Origin: Phoronis australis | Taxonomy: Eukaryota; Animalia; Phoronida | DNA length: 64,000 nt | Assembly (NCBI GenBank): GCA_002633005.1 | Contig: NMRA01000360.1 | Coordinates: 61,854 to 125,853 of the forward strand | Direction: 5' to 3' | The notes under the pieces: generated by a model | Seen by the model: the letters and a program-made list of their open reading frames with translations, nothing else | The model's database searches: none | Told to the model about the DNA's origin: nothing | Translations under genes and position numbers: made by a program | In this document: in pieces, positions 62,160-64,000 of the stretch | Position numbering within the stretch: position 1 is the stretch's first letter | Layout: each line of letters begins with the position of its first letter

Positions 62160-64000
62160 GAAATGGATCGCATCACTTCCAAATGTGTATCGTGTGAATT
62201 ACTGAATGTAGTCAATAAAGTTTACCTGCCAACAAAATGGCCGTTATTAATTTGCGTCACTAGATTTTATATTGAGTAATCAGTTCAGCTTGGAGTCACC
62301 AATACAAAGTGACACGAATTACTCTTGAAGTCACGTGTAGTTCCAACTTTGAAAACTTCTGTTTTGGTTCTTGTTTTCCGGTGGAACTCTTTATTGTGTT
62401 TTTTTTTTGGAATTTGGTAAGCTATCGTTTACATGGGAACTCTATGGACCAAATAGAATTCATTGGTCGCCGTTGACTACATTTATTCCAGCTTTGGCTT
62501 GACCCGATTGGCGCAGCGGGTGAGACTTTTCATATGAAGCTTGTTCCCTATATCAAACACGTGCCCTTGTAAACTCAAAACTCTACAGGCTGGTAGACAA
62601 AGCGACGGAAATTCATGTTTTTAGTTAGCCAATAGAGGGCGGTCGGCTTATTGAGTTCGACAGATAGATTAAAATTCCAAGGAGATATAGCTGTGGATGC
62701 AAAAAATGTCACTACGGAGAGCCGCAGTGGTCAGATCAACTTCAACCGTGGTCCTGTCAGCAGAAACACATCTGCCAATTTTCGTAATGATCCTTCAAGC
62801 GGTTTAGCAGACTAGAGAGGCAGACACTAGAAACGGACTTGCAAATAATAAAAATGGCCTCTGGGTGACGCAGAATACGTCAAAAATGTGAAGGCGTTGT
62901 CGTCTCCTTAATAAAAGACTGATTTGCCACATTTCATGAAATCTCTTAAGATACAGAAGTGAACATAAAAAATAAATTGACTCTAGGAGCCACAGCGGTA
63001 GTCATATCCGTCCGAATGTCGTTGTCGTCATCCGTTGTCACATTCACAGAAAAACATTTGCTGAATTTCACAAAGGTCGTGGAAGGGGTTTACTAGGAGG
63101 TACAGCTGTGGACACACACACAAATTACTACTAGGGGCGTCACAATAGGTAGACCCGTCCGAAAATCAACCTCAGATGCGATCTTCTCAGCGAAAACACA
63201 ACAGTTAATTTGGCTAGATAGAGAGGAGGACACCAAAAACATACTCGTAAGTTATAAAAATGGCCAATAGTTGGCACAGAATACGTCGAACCTGAGGGCA
63301 TTTTTGTTTCCTTAACAGTAACTTTGCTTTAGTGATAAGCAAATCTGATGACTTTATCAACGCAGATTTCTCTAAAAATAGAGAGTAAATGGCTAAAATA
63401 GCGCATGATCATGACTTGAGTGCTGGACTATTGCGAGTTTGTTTTACATGGAATCTTTCAGCTTATGCGCATGTCAGTAGGTCTCGGCGGCCGGCTTCGA
63501 CTTGTGTTTGACACCAACTTCATTATATCTAGTTGGTTTTGTTTTTCCTAAAGTCGCAACTGCCCGGTTATCTTAAAGATGCATAGTCTCATTAAATTGT
63601 GAATATGCAAATGAAGTACTAATTTACAAACAACCCCGGGTCCTCCATCGTGCTACACTCTTTCACAGTGCTATGAAAGGTAGCACTATGGAATGTTGTT
63701 TAATATGGCTTCTAATGAAACCTTTCAGTTTACTGTTACGTAGTATGGCGAACACCTTTGAATAGTAGTAATTTATTAAAGCAGGCAGTGATCCAAGTAA
63801 ACAAAATCAAAGAACTCCTATCCAGTGGCTTAGTAAGCCCACACAAGTACAGTAAAGACGTGCGCAAGTGGTGGCGATGTGATCGGTATACTTCCGACCG
63901 AAACATGGGCATTGATGCCCACACACGGAATTCCGTGTGTCGTTCATCATGTTTCCACAGGGCCATTTTTTCAGGATAGGTGGCGCTGTGTCAGAGGGTA

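Noticed and set aside
63736-63979. ORFs at the window end
   Set aside because: No signal peptide, motif or splice support visible within the window.

Overview
Eukaryotic, AT-rich, repeat-dense genomic DNA. The repeat families and gene content suggest a marine invertebrate, probably a lophotrochozoan or mollusc (inference). Reading splice sites by hand gives four host genes, three of which the ORF track shows only in fragments. Two are paralogous minus-strand genes (5 exons at 3346-15915; 4 exons at 49164-53555) for secreted proteins with a helical pro-unit, an 8-Cys EMI-like domain and a C-terminal amphipathic helix. One is a plus-strand 6-exon gene (55384-62159) for a secreted 177-aa precursor: signal peptide, furin-type site, Cys-free domain with anti-lipopolysaccharide-factor (ALF)-like pattern, Pro/Thr linker and ShKT domain. 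The fourth is a GT31 (brainiac/B3GALT-like) glycosyltransferase with a single coding exon (37483-38685). The rest is mostly transposon-derived. It includes a decayed Ngaro/DIRS tyrosine-recombinase retrotransposon with structured repeat arrays in both UTRs, and four TTAA-flanked Kolobok deletion derivatives carrying THAP and/or KolX-like ORF starts. There are also LINE, Penelope, copia, hAT, Helentron-like (HINE) and MITE remnants, and a minimal hammerhead ribozyme motif. All calls were made by eye without database searches. Exon coordinates were checked for reading-frame consistency; repeat boundaries are approximate.
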